Assembly: GCA_964342815.1 (NCBI GenBank)
Contig: CAYFHS010000047.1
Coordinates: 1-21,448 of the forward strand
DNA from: an uncultured archaeon
GTDB lineage: Archaea > Thermoplasmatota > Penumbrarchaeia > JASLWR01
DNA: 21,448 bases
Direction: 5' to 3'
Shown here in pieces: positions 7,592-18,100 of the stretch. Both the position numbers and the translations under genes were made by a program. The notes under the pieces were generated by a model. It saw nothing but the letters and a program-made list of their open reading frames with translations, did not search any database and was not told the origin of the DNA. How positions within the stretch are numbered: the first letter of the stretch is position 1; each line of letters starts with the position of its first letter.

Positions 7592-10500
7592 ATGAAAAAA
7601 GGATTTGCGCTATTATTCGGATTCTTGATGATCGTAGTTGGTCTGTCACCTATGCTGGCAGCCGGTAATATGGTTCCTCGGGGAATGGCCGAGCATTCGG
7701 TTATGTTTCCACAAATCGAGTACCTCCATGTCAACGTCACTATAAACGATCGTATAGCCCATACCGAGGTGGATCAAGCGTTTAGGAACACTAATGATGA
7801 ACCTTTACACGGAACCTATTTCTTCCCTGTTCCCAATAGGGCGGTCCTGAGCAATTTCTCGGTTCTTGTTGACGGGGTGGTCAAGACTCCCCGGATAGTT
7901 GAGGATGATGAGTCGGATGCGTTCTTGAAGTCCCAAGTTCTCCAGCAAAATGATTCATCGTTTCTTAGATACATGGATGACGATCTTTTCAAGCTTGACA
8001 TCCTGATTCCGTCTAACCAGACCAGGGTAATGCACCTGGAATATGACGAGTTCCTCACCAAAGAAAACAACGCTGTCAAATACCTCTATACCCTTTCCTC
8101 GGCCACCTATTCCATTACTCGGGTCCCACATATCAGACTGACGATCAACATCACTTCCGAGAAGGGCGTGCGTAATGTGTATATCCCGGAATATGATACT
8201 ATTATCACCCGCAACTCCCGGGATAATGTGGTTGTAAGCTGGGAAACCGGCACTCTTTTAAATCCGCTGCAAACCCGCAGCCAGCAGGGCCAAGGTCAAG
8301 GTCAGGGCCAAGGTCAAGGTCAGGGCCAAGGTCAAGGTCAGGGCCAAGGCCAAGGTCAAGGTCAGGGTCAAGGTCAGCAGGGTCAGCAAGGTCAGGGTCA
8401 AGGCCAAGGTCAAATAGTTAGTAATAGACCTCCCAGGATCAAAGACGGTTATATCCAAGCCTCAACCCATTACCAAGAATTCACTCTCTTTTACACCCCG
8501 GTGGATGATGATAAGGGTGGATCGTTTCTCAACTATGATGACGGGGTTGACAGGTTCTTCATGTTCCTCTATTCTCGGGAGGATGAGGACAGGGAATCCG
8601 TGCGGCTTCCCAAAGACGTGGTCTTCATTTTTGATAAATCAGGGTCCATGAGCGGTAGTAAAATCGAGAAAACCCGTGAAGCACTGGTGCAGATGATTGG
8701 GCTTCTCACCCCTGATGACAGATACGATCTGATCGCATTCGACAATACCGTAACCCCTCTGTTCGGTGAACTCGCATCGGCAACTTCGGAACATTTGCAG
8801 ACAGGCCTCGAAACGGCCAGATCCTTGACTGCCAGTGGATCTACGGCCATTAACGACGCCTTAATAAAAGGGTTTTCAGAGATGGCTCCCGGATACCAGG
8901 CCGGCCGTTCTCGATTGATCATGTTTTTAACCGACGGGTTGGCGAACGTGGGTGAATCCTCTGTGGAAGGAATAACTGCCAATGTGGAGAATGCAAATTC
9001 CGAAATAAACGTGCCTATGTTCGTATTCGGCGTCGGCACCGACGTAAACAACCACCTTCTGGGTCAGTTGGCCCAGGAAAACTGGGGCGAGGTGTACTAT
9101 ATAGACCGGTCGGGGATGAACCTGAACGAAATTGTTTTGAGGGTGTTCAATGAAAACGCAAATCCGGTGCTATCCGACGTGACCGTGGAATTTCAAAATA
9201 TTACCACAGAGCAATTGTATCCCAAGAAGATCGGGAATCTGTATGCAGGATCTGAGCTTTTACTGGTAGGGAAATACCGGGGCTCCGGGGAGCTTACCGT
9301 ATTCGTCAACGGAACAGGATACGATGGTACTATCTCGGATGTTTTCAAGTTCCAGGCAGGACCCAATGCGGACCACCCTTACATCCCCCGCCTCTGGGCA
9401 ACGCGGCGGATCGGGGATCTGCTATTCAACATCTCCATAACAGGCGGAGGCAGCCAGGAGCAAATCGACGAGGTGATCGAACTTTCTATGAAATATGGGA
9501 TCGTGACACCGTATACCTACCTTATTATCGAAGAGAATGCGAATGAGCTGACCCAGGACAACGAAGCGTATAATGCTGATTCCAATAACGATGGAATCCC
9601 CGATGGCAATGACGCTCAAGGAGATGGTGGACAGATGGGTCAGGGAAAAGGTCAAGGATACAAAAAAACCACGTCATCCACCACTGCGGCCGGAGGAAAT
9701 GCCAGGACTGTGGGCATTCGCTCTTTTGTAGAAATTTTCAGGGTGATATTCGATCTTCATTTATTCTTCGAGAATAATATTACCCATATAACAATCTACA
9801 ACAACGACACCATCGATGACTGGATACGAACAAACTTAAGCATCGATAAGGTGGTCACCTTCGGATCAGAGGAGTATTTCGATCTGGTCAGTGAGCATGC
9901 CGATATACTGGCCTTGGGAAATCTGATCGTATTCAAAACCGGAAATGAAGTGATTTATGTTACTGAGGGCTCGAGGGGATTCGAGTTAATAGATAAGTGG
10001 TTGGAAGTGGACGGGAGGGATGTGATAGTGTCATACCAGTTCACTAAACCGACCGCCATGACGTTCTACTATTCCAATAATCCGTCCGCCCAGTGGATAC
10101 AATTAGACTCCTCAGGGGTTCAAAAGCATCACACTTTCCGGCTTACGGAGCTCAATGAAGGGACCTATTCCTATTACGCTGTAGCCGTCTATCAGGATAA
10201 CTATACGTCAACCGGTTTCCTCGATATGCCTAGTACATGGACCATCCAGTCGGAGACCCCAATTTACCAAATTACCCTGGGCCCCATTATGTATCAAGAC
10301 GGAGTTCCCGTTTCAGGTATGACTGTCATCATCAACGGGGTAATTGATGCTCGGGGAGTCTTGGACGAGTTGGGTACTCTGAGCTTGAACATACCGTCCG
10401 GGACTTATACTGCAACATTGAAGGATGAGAAGAACGAAAACCTTGCCGAATGGATTTTCACGGTCTCGGAAGCGGGAGAACTGAAAGGTAAGATACCTGT

Positions 10501-10879
10501 TGTCGTCCTCTCCGATGAAAGGCCGGAAGAACCATTGGAGAAGCCCAAGGAAGAAGCACCAGATGTCGAAGAGCCTGAGGAAGAGCCACCAAAAGAACAA
10601 CAGGAAGAAACACTGGGAGAACCGACGGAAGAACCTCTTGATGAATTATCGGAAGAGCCGTTGGAGAAAGCGCTTCCCGAACCGAAGAACTCGCCATCAA
10701 CAATGACCGTGATAAATATAATAAACGCAGTTATGGTTATTTCAGTGATTATCGCATTGGTCTTAATAAAGAAGAAACGAGGAGGGGGGCGACCGAAAAT
10801 ATCCCTAGAAAAAAAAGTTCCTGCACTGGAGTATGGCCGCGAGGAAATTTCCCCCGAAGAGGACAATCCAGTCATATAA
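7592..10879 (+). CDS. Type I membrane VIT + vWA (ITIH-like) surface protein with (QG)n insert, C-terminal beta-sandwich-like region, EEP stalk and TM, about 1095 aa
   Basis: Signal MKKGFALLFGFLMIVVGLSPMLAA after AGGTG at 7581-7585 (start moved from the track GTG at 7583). VIT region (V...INDRIAHTEVDQAFRN...YFFPVP..A), vWA with DKSGS...T...LTDG, RLWATRRI, and TM VINIINAVMVISVIIALVLI followed by KKKR. Confidence 0.92.
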   Translation: MKKGFALLFGFLMIVVGLSPMLAAGNMVPRGMAEHSVMFPQIEYLHVNVTINDRIAHTEVDQAFRNTNDEPLHGTYFFPVPNRAVLSNFSVLVDGVVKTPRIVEDDESDAFLKSQVLQQNDSSFLRYMDDDLFKLDILIPSNQTRVMHLEYDEFLTKENNAVKYLYTLSSATYSITRVPHIRLTINITSEKGVRNVYIPEYDTIITRNSRDNVVVSWETGTLLNPLQTRSQQGQGQGQGQGQGQGQGQGQGQGQGQGQGQGQQGQQGQGQGQGQIVSNRPPRIKDGYIQASTHYQEFTLFYTPVDDDKGGSFLNYDDGVDRFFMFLYSREDEDRESVRLPKDVVFIFDKSGSMSGSKIEKTREALVQMIGLLTPDDRYDLIAFDNTVTPLFGELASATSEHLQTGLETARSLTASGSTAINDALIKGFSEMAPGYQAGRSRLIMFLTDGLANVGESSVEGITANVENANSEINVPMFVFGVGTDVNNHLLGQLAQENWGEVYYIDRSGMNLNEIVLRVFNENANPVLSDVTVEFQNITTEQLYPKKIGNLYAGSELLLVGKYRGSGELTVFVNGTGYDGTISDVFKFQAGPNADHPYIPRLWATRRIGDLLFNISITGGGSQEQIDEVIELSMKYGIVTPYTYLIIEENANELTQDNEAYNADSNNDGIPDGNDAQGDGGQMGQGKGQGYKKTTSSTTAAGGNARTVGIRSFVEIFRVIFDLHLFFENNITHITIYNNDTIDDWIRTNLSIDKVVTFGSEEYFDLVSEHADILALGNLIVFKTGNEVIYVTEGSRGFELIDKWLEVDGRDVIVSYQFTKPTAMTFYYSNNPSAQWIQLDSSGVQKHHTFRLTELNEGTYSYYAVAVYQDNYTSTGFLDMPSTWTIQSETPIYQITLGPIMYQDGVPVSGMTVIINGVIDARGVLDELGTLSLNIPSGTYTATLKDEKNENLAEWIFTVSEAGELKGKIPVVVLSDERPEEPLEKPKEEAPDVEEPEEEPPKEQQEETLGEPTEEPLDELSEEPLEKALPEPKNSPSTMTVINIINAVMVISVIIALVLIKKKRGGGRPKISLEKKVPALEYGREEISPEEDNPVI
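8282..8413 (+). repeat. In-frame hexamer tandem repeat CARGGY encoding 44 aa of Q/G
   Basis: The 18-mer CAGGGCCAAGGTCAAGGT occurs perfectly three times (8285-8338) with a fourth one-mismatch copy, then more degenerate CAR-GGY units. Confidence 0.97.
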
Positions 10880-10933
10880 ATCCTATAGACCGAACTCCCA
10901 ATGTAAAGATATGACTCTTCTTACCTAAGGTAT

Positions 10934-10953
10934 TGGGACGGATCGGCGTCCCA
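10934..10953. terminator. GC-rich hairpin between convergent genes (possible terminator or 3' stabiliser)
   Basis: TGGGACG-gatcgg-CGTCCCA, a 7-bp stem 2 nt past the protease stop codon. No U-tract, and archaeal terminators need not use hairpins. Confidence 0.3.
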
Positions 10954-10955
10954 TC

Positions 10956-13900
10956 TCAATCTTCGTCGAGAAGGTCCTCATCGGAAATATTGATCTCTTC
11001 CGTTTCAACCGTTTTCTCATCCTCGTCACTGCCATCCTCGGACCGGATTTCGGCCCCCGTACTTTCCTCAATATAATCCTCCGTTTCACTCTTTGCATCA
11101 ACCTCTACGTCGACATCCATTTCCTCAGTTATCTCTTCCCAGACTTCCGACTCAACGACATCCCAATCAAATACCTCGGTGTCCCCCGTCTCCATGTCTT
11201 TTTTCATGTCATCCTCAACCACCCCATTTTCTCCAGTACTACAGCTGCCGCATATCTCGCCGTCCCCCTCCACGCCCTCTCCGCAGTCGGGGCAGGTATA
11301 GCCCGGTGCGTCTATCACCCACGTATCCTCGAAATCCTCCGTATACCGGTCCCAGCACTCCATATCTTCCTCTACCACAACCGGTTCCTCGTTCTTTGTG
11401 GAATCACTCTCGGCCGCACTTGATTCTTCCTCCTTTATCACCCGGGATGGTATGTCTTTCGTCTTGTCTCCATCCCCTGCTTCTTCGACCCTTTCCGCAT
11501 TCTTTTTTCGCCGCTTGAACACAATGAGTAAAGAAACAACTATTATAAAGACAAAAAGAATCGCGAAAATGATCATCCCGCCGAGAGAGGTGGAAAATGC
11601 CGCCCAATCTTTATCGAACCAGTCACCGTCATCGTCCCGGGGACCGGTGACGTCGTCATCACCCGGGCCCGTATCATCGTCATCTCCAGGTGTCACGTCG
11701 TCGTCATCCTCGATATCCGGCACATCCTCCCCCTTTAACGAAATAATCAGGCTGTCGCTGCCATTGTTTCCCGCCGCATCGAAGACAGTGAGATATATGG
11801 TATAATTTCCTGATTTTGCGAATCGGAATTCAGTGATCGGCCCGTATATCGTCCGCAACTTTCCATCATACTCAAAGCTCCAGGTGTAGTTTATCACACC
11901 AATGTTGTCCCGGCTTGCGGATCCATTGAAACTCACCAACGTGCCATTATCCACGGTCATATCCGCTCCCGCATTTGAAACGGGTGCATCATCGTCCTTC
12001 ACCTGACGGACGATGCTGCCGTCCTCGGGGTAATTTATCGCGTTTCCGGCAGAATCCCATAACAGAAAGGTATATTCCAGAATTAGGGCGTCCGCCGGAA
12101 TATCCACTAAGTGATACCAGATATCGGCTGCACCCCGTACCATGGCAGCAACGGAAGAAGTTCCGTCGATCACATAACTTACATTCATCCCGACTATACC
12201 GATATTGTCGGTGGCCCTTAAAGTAATATTGAAAGGGTTGCCGGTGCAAGGGATGTTCGACCCGGGCTCTCCCCCCACTACGGGTAAATCATCATCGATA
12301 AGCTTCATATTTTCAGGCATGGTCTCATTCCAGTTACCGGAAATGTCGCAGGCTGCAAAACGGTAGGAAAAATTTCCATGATCGGGAGCGGTAAAGCGTA
12401 TTCCCCACTGGTCTCCGCTGCGGTTGGAAACCGATAGATTTAGGATATTTTCACCGTATTCCAGTATCAGGCGGACCTCCTCGATTCCCAGATTGTCGGT
12501 GGTCACGACGGAAAGGGTCAGCAGGTCACCCGTGGTTGATGATGAGGGGAACGTTACTTCGCCAAAAACGGGCGGGTCGTCATCGGTCACATTGATCGTA
12601 CGGCGTAGCGTGGAATTCCAGTTCCCGGCGATATCCGACACATAGAAGGCATAATGAAGTTCTGTGGCATTTGTGGGGATCGTTATGTTCCCGCTCCACG
12701 TTCCCCTGCTTATTTCCAGGGTAACATTTTTTTCCAGTCCGGGACCGAAATCGTATCGTGCAATTGCGGCATTTGCATCATCGGCCACCAAACGAAGATT
12801 GAAAATATCCCCGGTAGTGGGTGTGCCCATGGGCGCTTCAGTAATTTCAGGCATCAATAGGTCAATAGTGAAATTCAGTTTATCATCGGCCGTATTTCCT
12901 GCCAGATCGCGGGCTCTTACCACTATACTGTGTTCTCCTGGAGTCAGGTTCGTAAGGACATACGACAGGTTAGCCCCAACATCGAATTCTGTCGAGCCGT
13001 CAAGAAATAATTCATACTCATGAATGCCGCTAAGATTGTCAGAGCCCTGCCAGGTCACGTTTATTTCGGTACTGTTCAGAAAACTGTTTCTCTCAGGAGC
13101 GGTGATGTTCACCACAGGTGCAGTCAGATCCACGTGAAATGATAAATTTGTTGAATTCAAATTTCCGGCCAGATCGCTGAGCTGCACCCATACTGTATGC
13201 GGCCCCTCGGCCAGGCCTTCGAATGTATGACCGGTGCTTGAGCCTGCATCCTGCCATTCTCCGTCGTCGAGACTGTACGAATAATTATTCACCCCACTGG
13301 TTTCATCCGTACCGGTCCAGTTCATCGTCACATTGGTGGAATTATGGAATGAGCCAGCCCCGGGGCTGGTGATGCCGAGCATAGGAGGCGTATTATCGAT
13401 GATCAGGTCCGTTTCATAGATGTATTCGTAGGTCCCCCGTATGGCTTTCCATTGAATCGTATGGGGGCCGTCCGCGTAAATTGATGTATTCAGCACATAA
13501 TACCAGTAATCGGTTCCGTTCACGCCCTGCCAAGTCCCGCCATCCATCTTCATTTCAATGTCGGTGATTATGTCCGAGGCGGTACCGGTGATATTCACGG
13601 TCCCTCTTTTCAATTCAGCCGATGAAGTGGAATTGACGCTAAGATGACCAACTAAACCCTTTATGCAGAAGTTGGCGGTGGGATTCAATCCGGTTAGATC
13701 GCGCCATTGTGTCCCATTACGATAAAAGCTCTCCCCCGGGCTTGCTTCAGAAGTTACCAATGTCATTGGCCTCGGCCCGTCCAGCAGTACCGGAACGTCG
13801 GATGTCCGATCGAATGGATGGCCGCCCCGGGAGAGGTTCACAAGAATATAGAAAAAATCGCCCTTTGTGAGCTGAACCGGGTTCGGGAGGTCTATGGTGC

Positions 13901-15059
13901 GGAATCCCCGGTAATCGATATGGCCGCTTTTGGAAGTGAGCTCGTCCTTTAAAGTCCCGTTATGAAATTTATCGAAGATCTTCACCGTGTAGTTGACGTT
14001 GTCGGCAGCGGTATAGAAGCTAACGGCTCTCAGCTCTTCATTGTCAGTGGCGTTAAATGCGTTGAATGCCTCCGAGGCGTTGGCGAGAGTGTCCCGCCAC
14101 CCGTGATAATCATGATAGTAATAGCGGCTGTAAGGTTCGAGAGTAACGTTCTGGTACGAGACAGTTCCCATCTCAATGTTTCTCGTGGAGTGTTTATCAT
14201 AGTACGATATCCAGAAATAGCCGTTGTATGTTCCCCAGTTTCCCCAGCTGTTACGGCAGAGCCATGCCCCCGGTTGCGGGGCTTGCGTGGTCTTGTTGTC
14301 GTCCCATCCGATAATGGAAACGGCGTGGTTCGGATCGTTCCCATTGGCCGGCGGCTGGTAATGGATATAGTTGGACATCAGGCTGCCGGAGTAGTACATG
14401 CAGGTTCCCACTATCCCCTCGGTCATGATCTTTTTCTTGATGGTATCGATGCCGTTGAGCTGATCATCCATGGTGAACCACTCGATCTCCTGGGGATAAT
14501 AGTAGCGGTATGACGGATCGGTTCGGGGGGCCGCACTTGTAATCCCGCTGTAGGGCGAATCGGATTCCCTTATCGCGCCTTCGCCCCGAGTGAGGTATGA
14601 GGAAGTTACCAGATAGTCTCCGCCCTGGTGGACGGTGAGACCGCCTCCGGACGGAGGGATTCGATCATCGTTGTTATGATCGTTGAACCCGTTCCACCAG
14701 TCCAGGTGTGCCTCCGAGAGGTTCGGCTCTCCCGCTTCTCCGGCCCCGGTCCAGTTTCCGGTCATATAGAGATTGCCTTCCATGGATGCGTAGGCGCCGA
14801 AGGTCCAACAGGTCCCGTATGGCCCCTGGTTCCTGATGGATGGAACAAAGTTCTGGCCTCCGTAATCACGCAGGTCGAAGGTCAATGGCAGGGAAGTTGC
14901 ACTGCTGCGCATTGATTGGGATGGAACCGTTGAAATGGATTGGCCATGCCCGGAAGATGTGTGAGCTATGCGAGAAGTGACGGTCGGCAGGGGGAAAGAG
15001 ACAACACAGAGCAGGACGACGGTCATTAGAATCAGAATACATTTCGCAGCAGACCTCAT
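10956..15059 (-). CDS. Cell-surface papain-family (C1A) cysteine protease with lectin-like, Ig-like and PKD domains, TM and acidic cytoplasmic tail with a Zn ribbon, 1367 aa
   Basis: LPLTFDLR start of the mature domain; [12 protein letters not shown] (oxyanion Q, catalytic C); [12 protein letters not shown] (H); CRNSWG (N). Followed by the lectin-like region typical of archaeal C1 proteases, D..PP-delimited Ig repeats, one [26 protein letters not shown] plus KRRKK, and CPDC-x10-CGSC. GGTGA SD upstream. Confidence 0.95.
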   Translation of the reverse strand: MRSAAKCILILMTVVLLCVVSFPLPTVTSRIAHTSSGHGQSISTVPSQSMRSSATSLPLTFDLRDYGGQNFVPSIRNQGPYGTCWTFGAYASMEGNLYMTGNWTGAGEAGEPNLSEAHLDWWNGFNDHNNDDRIPPSGGGLTVHQGGDYLVTSSYLTRGEGAIRESDSPYSGITSAAPRTDPSYRYYYPQEIEWFTMDDQLNGIDTIKKKIMTEGIVGTCMYYSGSLMSNYIHYQPPANGNDPNHAVSIIGWDDNKTTQAPQPGAWLCRNSWGNWGTYNGYFWISYYDKHSTRNIEMGTVSYQNVTLEPYSRYYYHDYHGWRDTLANASEAFNAFNATDNEELRAVSFYTAADNVNYTVKIFDKFHNGTLKDELTSKSGHIDYRGFRTIDLPNPVQLTKGDFFYILVNLSRGGHPFDRTSDVPVLLDGPRPMTLVTSEASPGESFYRNGTQWRDLTGLNPTANFCIKGLVGHLSVNSTSSAELKRGTVNITGTASDIITDIEMKMDGGTWQGVNGTDYWYYVLNTSIYADGPHTIQWKAIRGTYEYIYETDLIIDNTPPMLGITSPGAGSFHNSTNVTMNWTGTDETSGVNNYSYSLDDGEWQDAGSSTGHTFEGLAEGPHTVWVQLSDLAGNLNSTNLSFHVDLTAPVVNITAPERNSFLNSTEINVTWQGSDNLSGIHEYELFLDGSTEFDVGANLSYVLTNLTPGEHSIVVRARDLAGNTADDKLNFTIDLLMPEITEAPMGTPTTGDIFNLRLVADDANAAIARYDFGPGLEKNVTLEISRGTWSGNITIPTNATELHYAFYVSDIAGNWNSTLRRTINVTDDDPPVFGEVTFPSSSTTGDLLTLSVVTTDNLGIEEVRLILEYGENILNLSVSNRSGDQWGIRFTAPDHGNFSYRFAACDISGNWNETMPENMKLIDDDLPVVGGEPGSNIPCTGNPFNITLRATDNIGIVGMNVSYVIDGTSSVAAMVRGAADIWYHLVDIPADALILEYTFLLWDSAGNAINYPEDGSIVRQVKDDDAPVSNAGADMTVDNGTLVSFNGSASRDNIGVINYTWSFEYDGKLRTIYGPITEFRFAKSGNYTIYLTVFDAAGNNGSDSLIISLKGEDVPDIEDDDDVTPGDDDDTGPGDDDVTGPRDDDGDWFDKDWAAFSTSLGGMIIFAILFVFIIVVSLLIVFKRRKKNAERVEEAGDGDKTKDIPSRVIKEEESSAAESDSTKNEEPVVVEEDMECWDRYTEDFEDTWVIDAPGYTCPDCGEGVEGDGEICGSCSTGENGVVEDDMKKDMETGDTEVFDWDVVESEVWEEITEEMDVDVEVDAKSETEDYIEESTGAEIRSEDGSDEDEKTVETEEINISDEDLLDED
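11622..11709 (-). repeat. About 24-bp degenerate coding repeat, [24 protein letters not shown], in the juxtamembrane linker
   Basis: Read directly from the translation just before the TM of the C1A protease. Confidence 0.75.
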
Positions 15060-15137
15060 TTCGCATTCACCGGATGTTTTTCATGCCCTGGATTGGAGAT
15101 AAGGGTTTCGGTACAATTTCTATTGAAGAATATTGCT

Positions 15138-18100
15138 CTATAATATATTGTCAATGGGAATCAGCACCGGAATCGACTCGTCATCCAGCTCGGATTCAAC
15201 CTTGACCTCGTCATCGGTATCAGTTGGGGATTCCAACCCCGCCAACGGTCCTGGAATTTCGATCTTAGCCTCGGGCAGGCCAGCGAAGATTCTTTCGATG
15301 TCCTCGCTGCGGTGCACCGGGATATCCATCCTGCCTTCGGGGCCATTGGATTCATCATCGTCATCCAAAAGCTCGTGGTCACTCATATTCTCGGTATCGT
15401 TCATGGTATGATCTGCTACGGCCGAGCCGACCGGTACATGCACCGCCTCCGCTTCGCCGTCCCCGGAGGGAACCCGGCTCGGAGTGTCGACCTCATCTTG
15501 CTCCGTCCCCACTTCGCTATCGCCCGGGGACCTCGTGTTCGGGGGCTCGATAGAACCGGGCTGCACCGGGACGGTTGGGGTTGTAAATGGTACTTCCGGG
15601 AAAACGAGTGGCGCCAGAGATGGGGGTGCCGGTGCTTTGAGCAGCTCGGGAGCCGCCGACGGCGGCGCTGGAGGTGCAGTTCGTATCGAAGGACCTGCAG
15701 GGGGAACCGTATCGGTGCGGACGGCACCAACAAGCTCAGAATTATTTTTCATCTTTTTGCGCTTTATCTGGAGTGTGACAACGACAAATAGGGCAATCAG
15801 AGCAAGTATTATGGTGACAACTATGATTACCGTAAGAAGCGTATCCGACGCAGCTTTTTCTCCAGTTTCTCCAACAGCGGATGGTTTCCCCCCGTTCCCA
15901 TTGGCCTTCACTACATTTACTGTGATCGTCAGTTCTTCAATATGTACTGAAGCATGCGATGCCGTTACCGTCACCGTGTATTTGCCGAACATGACATTGC
16001 TTGAGATGTCCAGCACCAACTCCAATTCTTTCATGTCCCCCGGCCCCAGCTCCACGCCGTCATCCATTGAAAGACCCGCAAGTCCTCCGTCGTAAAGAAC
16101 GATCTTGATGGACTTGTTAACGCTTCCATTGTTGCTGATTGTTATCTTCTCAGTATGTTTTTGCCCTGGATATAACACGATCATGGAAGGACCTGTCAGA
16201 ATAATATCCCCATTGTCCTGCCCACCATTCCCAGCCAGTTTCACAGTGAAGCTCCACACCCCACTTGCGCATATGCCCTCGAATAGATCGCGGCGGGGAA
16301 TTATCGTCCAGTAATATGTTTCGCCATCAGAAAGACCCATCACTGTATAATTGAAACCGGCCTGACGTTCAGTTAAGAGCTTCATATCGTCCTGTGACGT
16401 TCCCAAAAGAACGTCGTATTCCAGCAATGAAGGATTGTAGAAATCTGTCACCCAGGTGAGATTCACCGCATCCGTTTCCACCACGGTTCCGTCTTCGGGA
16501 CTAAGCAGACTGCTTTCCGGAAAATCCTCCAAAACAGGTTCCTCAACAGTTAGAAGAATGGTCGTATTTGCCGTGCGGCCGGCAAGGTCGGTTACCGAAA
16601 ACATTATACGATGAACGCCCACTTCCAGCTCCGGGACGGATAAATTCTCTCCGTATCCCAGCAATCCTGAAACGTTTGAATGCCAGGTGCAGTTCAGCAT
16701 ATCTCCGTGCAGCTCATCCGGGTCCGATCCTCGGCCCGTAAATGATATTATATCACCCAGGAAAAACACACTTTCGTTAGTAGGTGACAGGATCGCGGCA
16801 CTGTCCGGTGGGTCGTTGACATTCAGAACAGTAAGCGTGAACACTCGCCGGTCCTGTTCTCCGCTGTCGTCGGAGACGTTGATGCTGACATTGTACGTGC
16901 CGACATCCCCGTTATCCGGAGTTCCATATAGAGTGTTATTATCGGCACCCCATTGCAGCCAGCTTGCATTCGTCAGAAGAAACCAGTGGAGTTCATCGTC
17001 CGGATCAATATCCGTGGCATTGTAGACGACCGAATACAGATCGTCCTGCTTCACCTCCGTTAGATCCGTGGTATTGATGACGGGAGGATCGTTTATATTG
17101 GTAACTTCAAGAACAAAGTGCGAGTTTGCCGTACCCCCATTGCCGTCGTGTACCGTCACGTCCACCCACCACAGCCCCACGTCGTTGTTGCCCGGAGTTC
17201 CGTTTAGCAGCCCCGTGCGCTCGTTCATGGACAGGAATGCCGCGTTGGTATCCATGCTCCAGCGTATATTTCCCTGTCCGTCGTCGGTTGAATTATAATT
17301 ATTGTGATAGTAAAAATCCTCTTTTACCGTTACGATATCCGGTGTAAGCAGAACGGGGTCCGTATTCTCCACCGTCAGGGTATAATTGCGCTCAGTATAA
17401 CCCCCTTGACCGTCGGATACGTTGATCCGCACCCAGTAATTTCCAACATGCGAATTGTCCGGTCTTCCATACACCGTGTGATTATCGGCCCCCCAGTGGA
17501 GCCATGATGCGTTCGTACCGAATTCCCATTCCAATTCATCCCGGTTGGGGTCTGTAGCCGTGTATTCATTGTTATAGTACTCGTCCTCGAGGATACTGGT
17601 AATGTCCGGAGTATCGATAACAGGCGCATCGTTGTCTCTCTTGGATCTGAGCCAAGGCCGGAAGGTAACGTGGTCAGTTACGTTATCTCCGGTACCCTGC
17701 GGATTGCCCGTGGTGTGATGAGGACCGGAACGGTTTCCCCACCAGTTGTTCCTCCCGTCCACCTGAAGCGCATTCACATTGTAGACGAAAACACCCCACA
17801 TATCATTTCCGTAAATATCGTTGTAATGAACGTCCGTACCCGCACTCGCCCCATACAGCATTATACCGTTGGAATTGTTCGATACGGTGTTGTTATCGAT
17901 GCCGTTGTCATCCGCACCCGAGAGCTTTATTCCGACCCAATCGTTGGCCGTTATCTTATTTTCGTACACTCGGTTAGAATTCGAATTTTCTATGTATATA
18001 CCGCCGTTCCACCCGCCATTTCCGCTTATGTTATTGTTATGAATAGTGTTCGACACGGCTGCCCACAGGGTTATGCCCTCGTCGTTTCCCGTGATGTTGC

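Noticed and set aside
8282-8413. Tandem repeat as a CRISPR array
   Set aside because: No spacers; it is a contiguous in-frame hexamer repeat.
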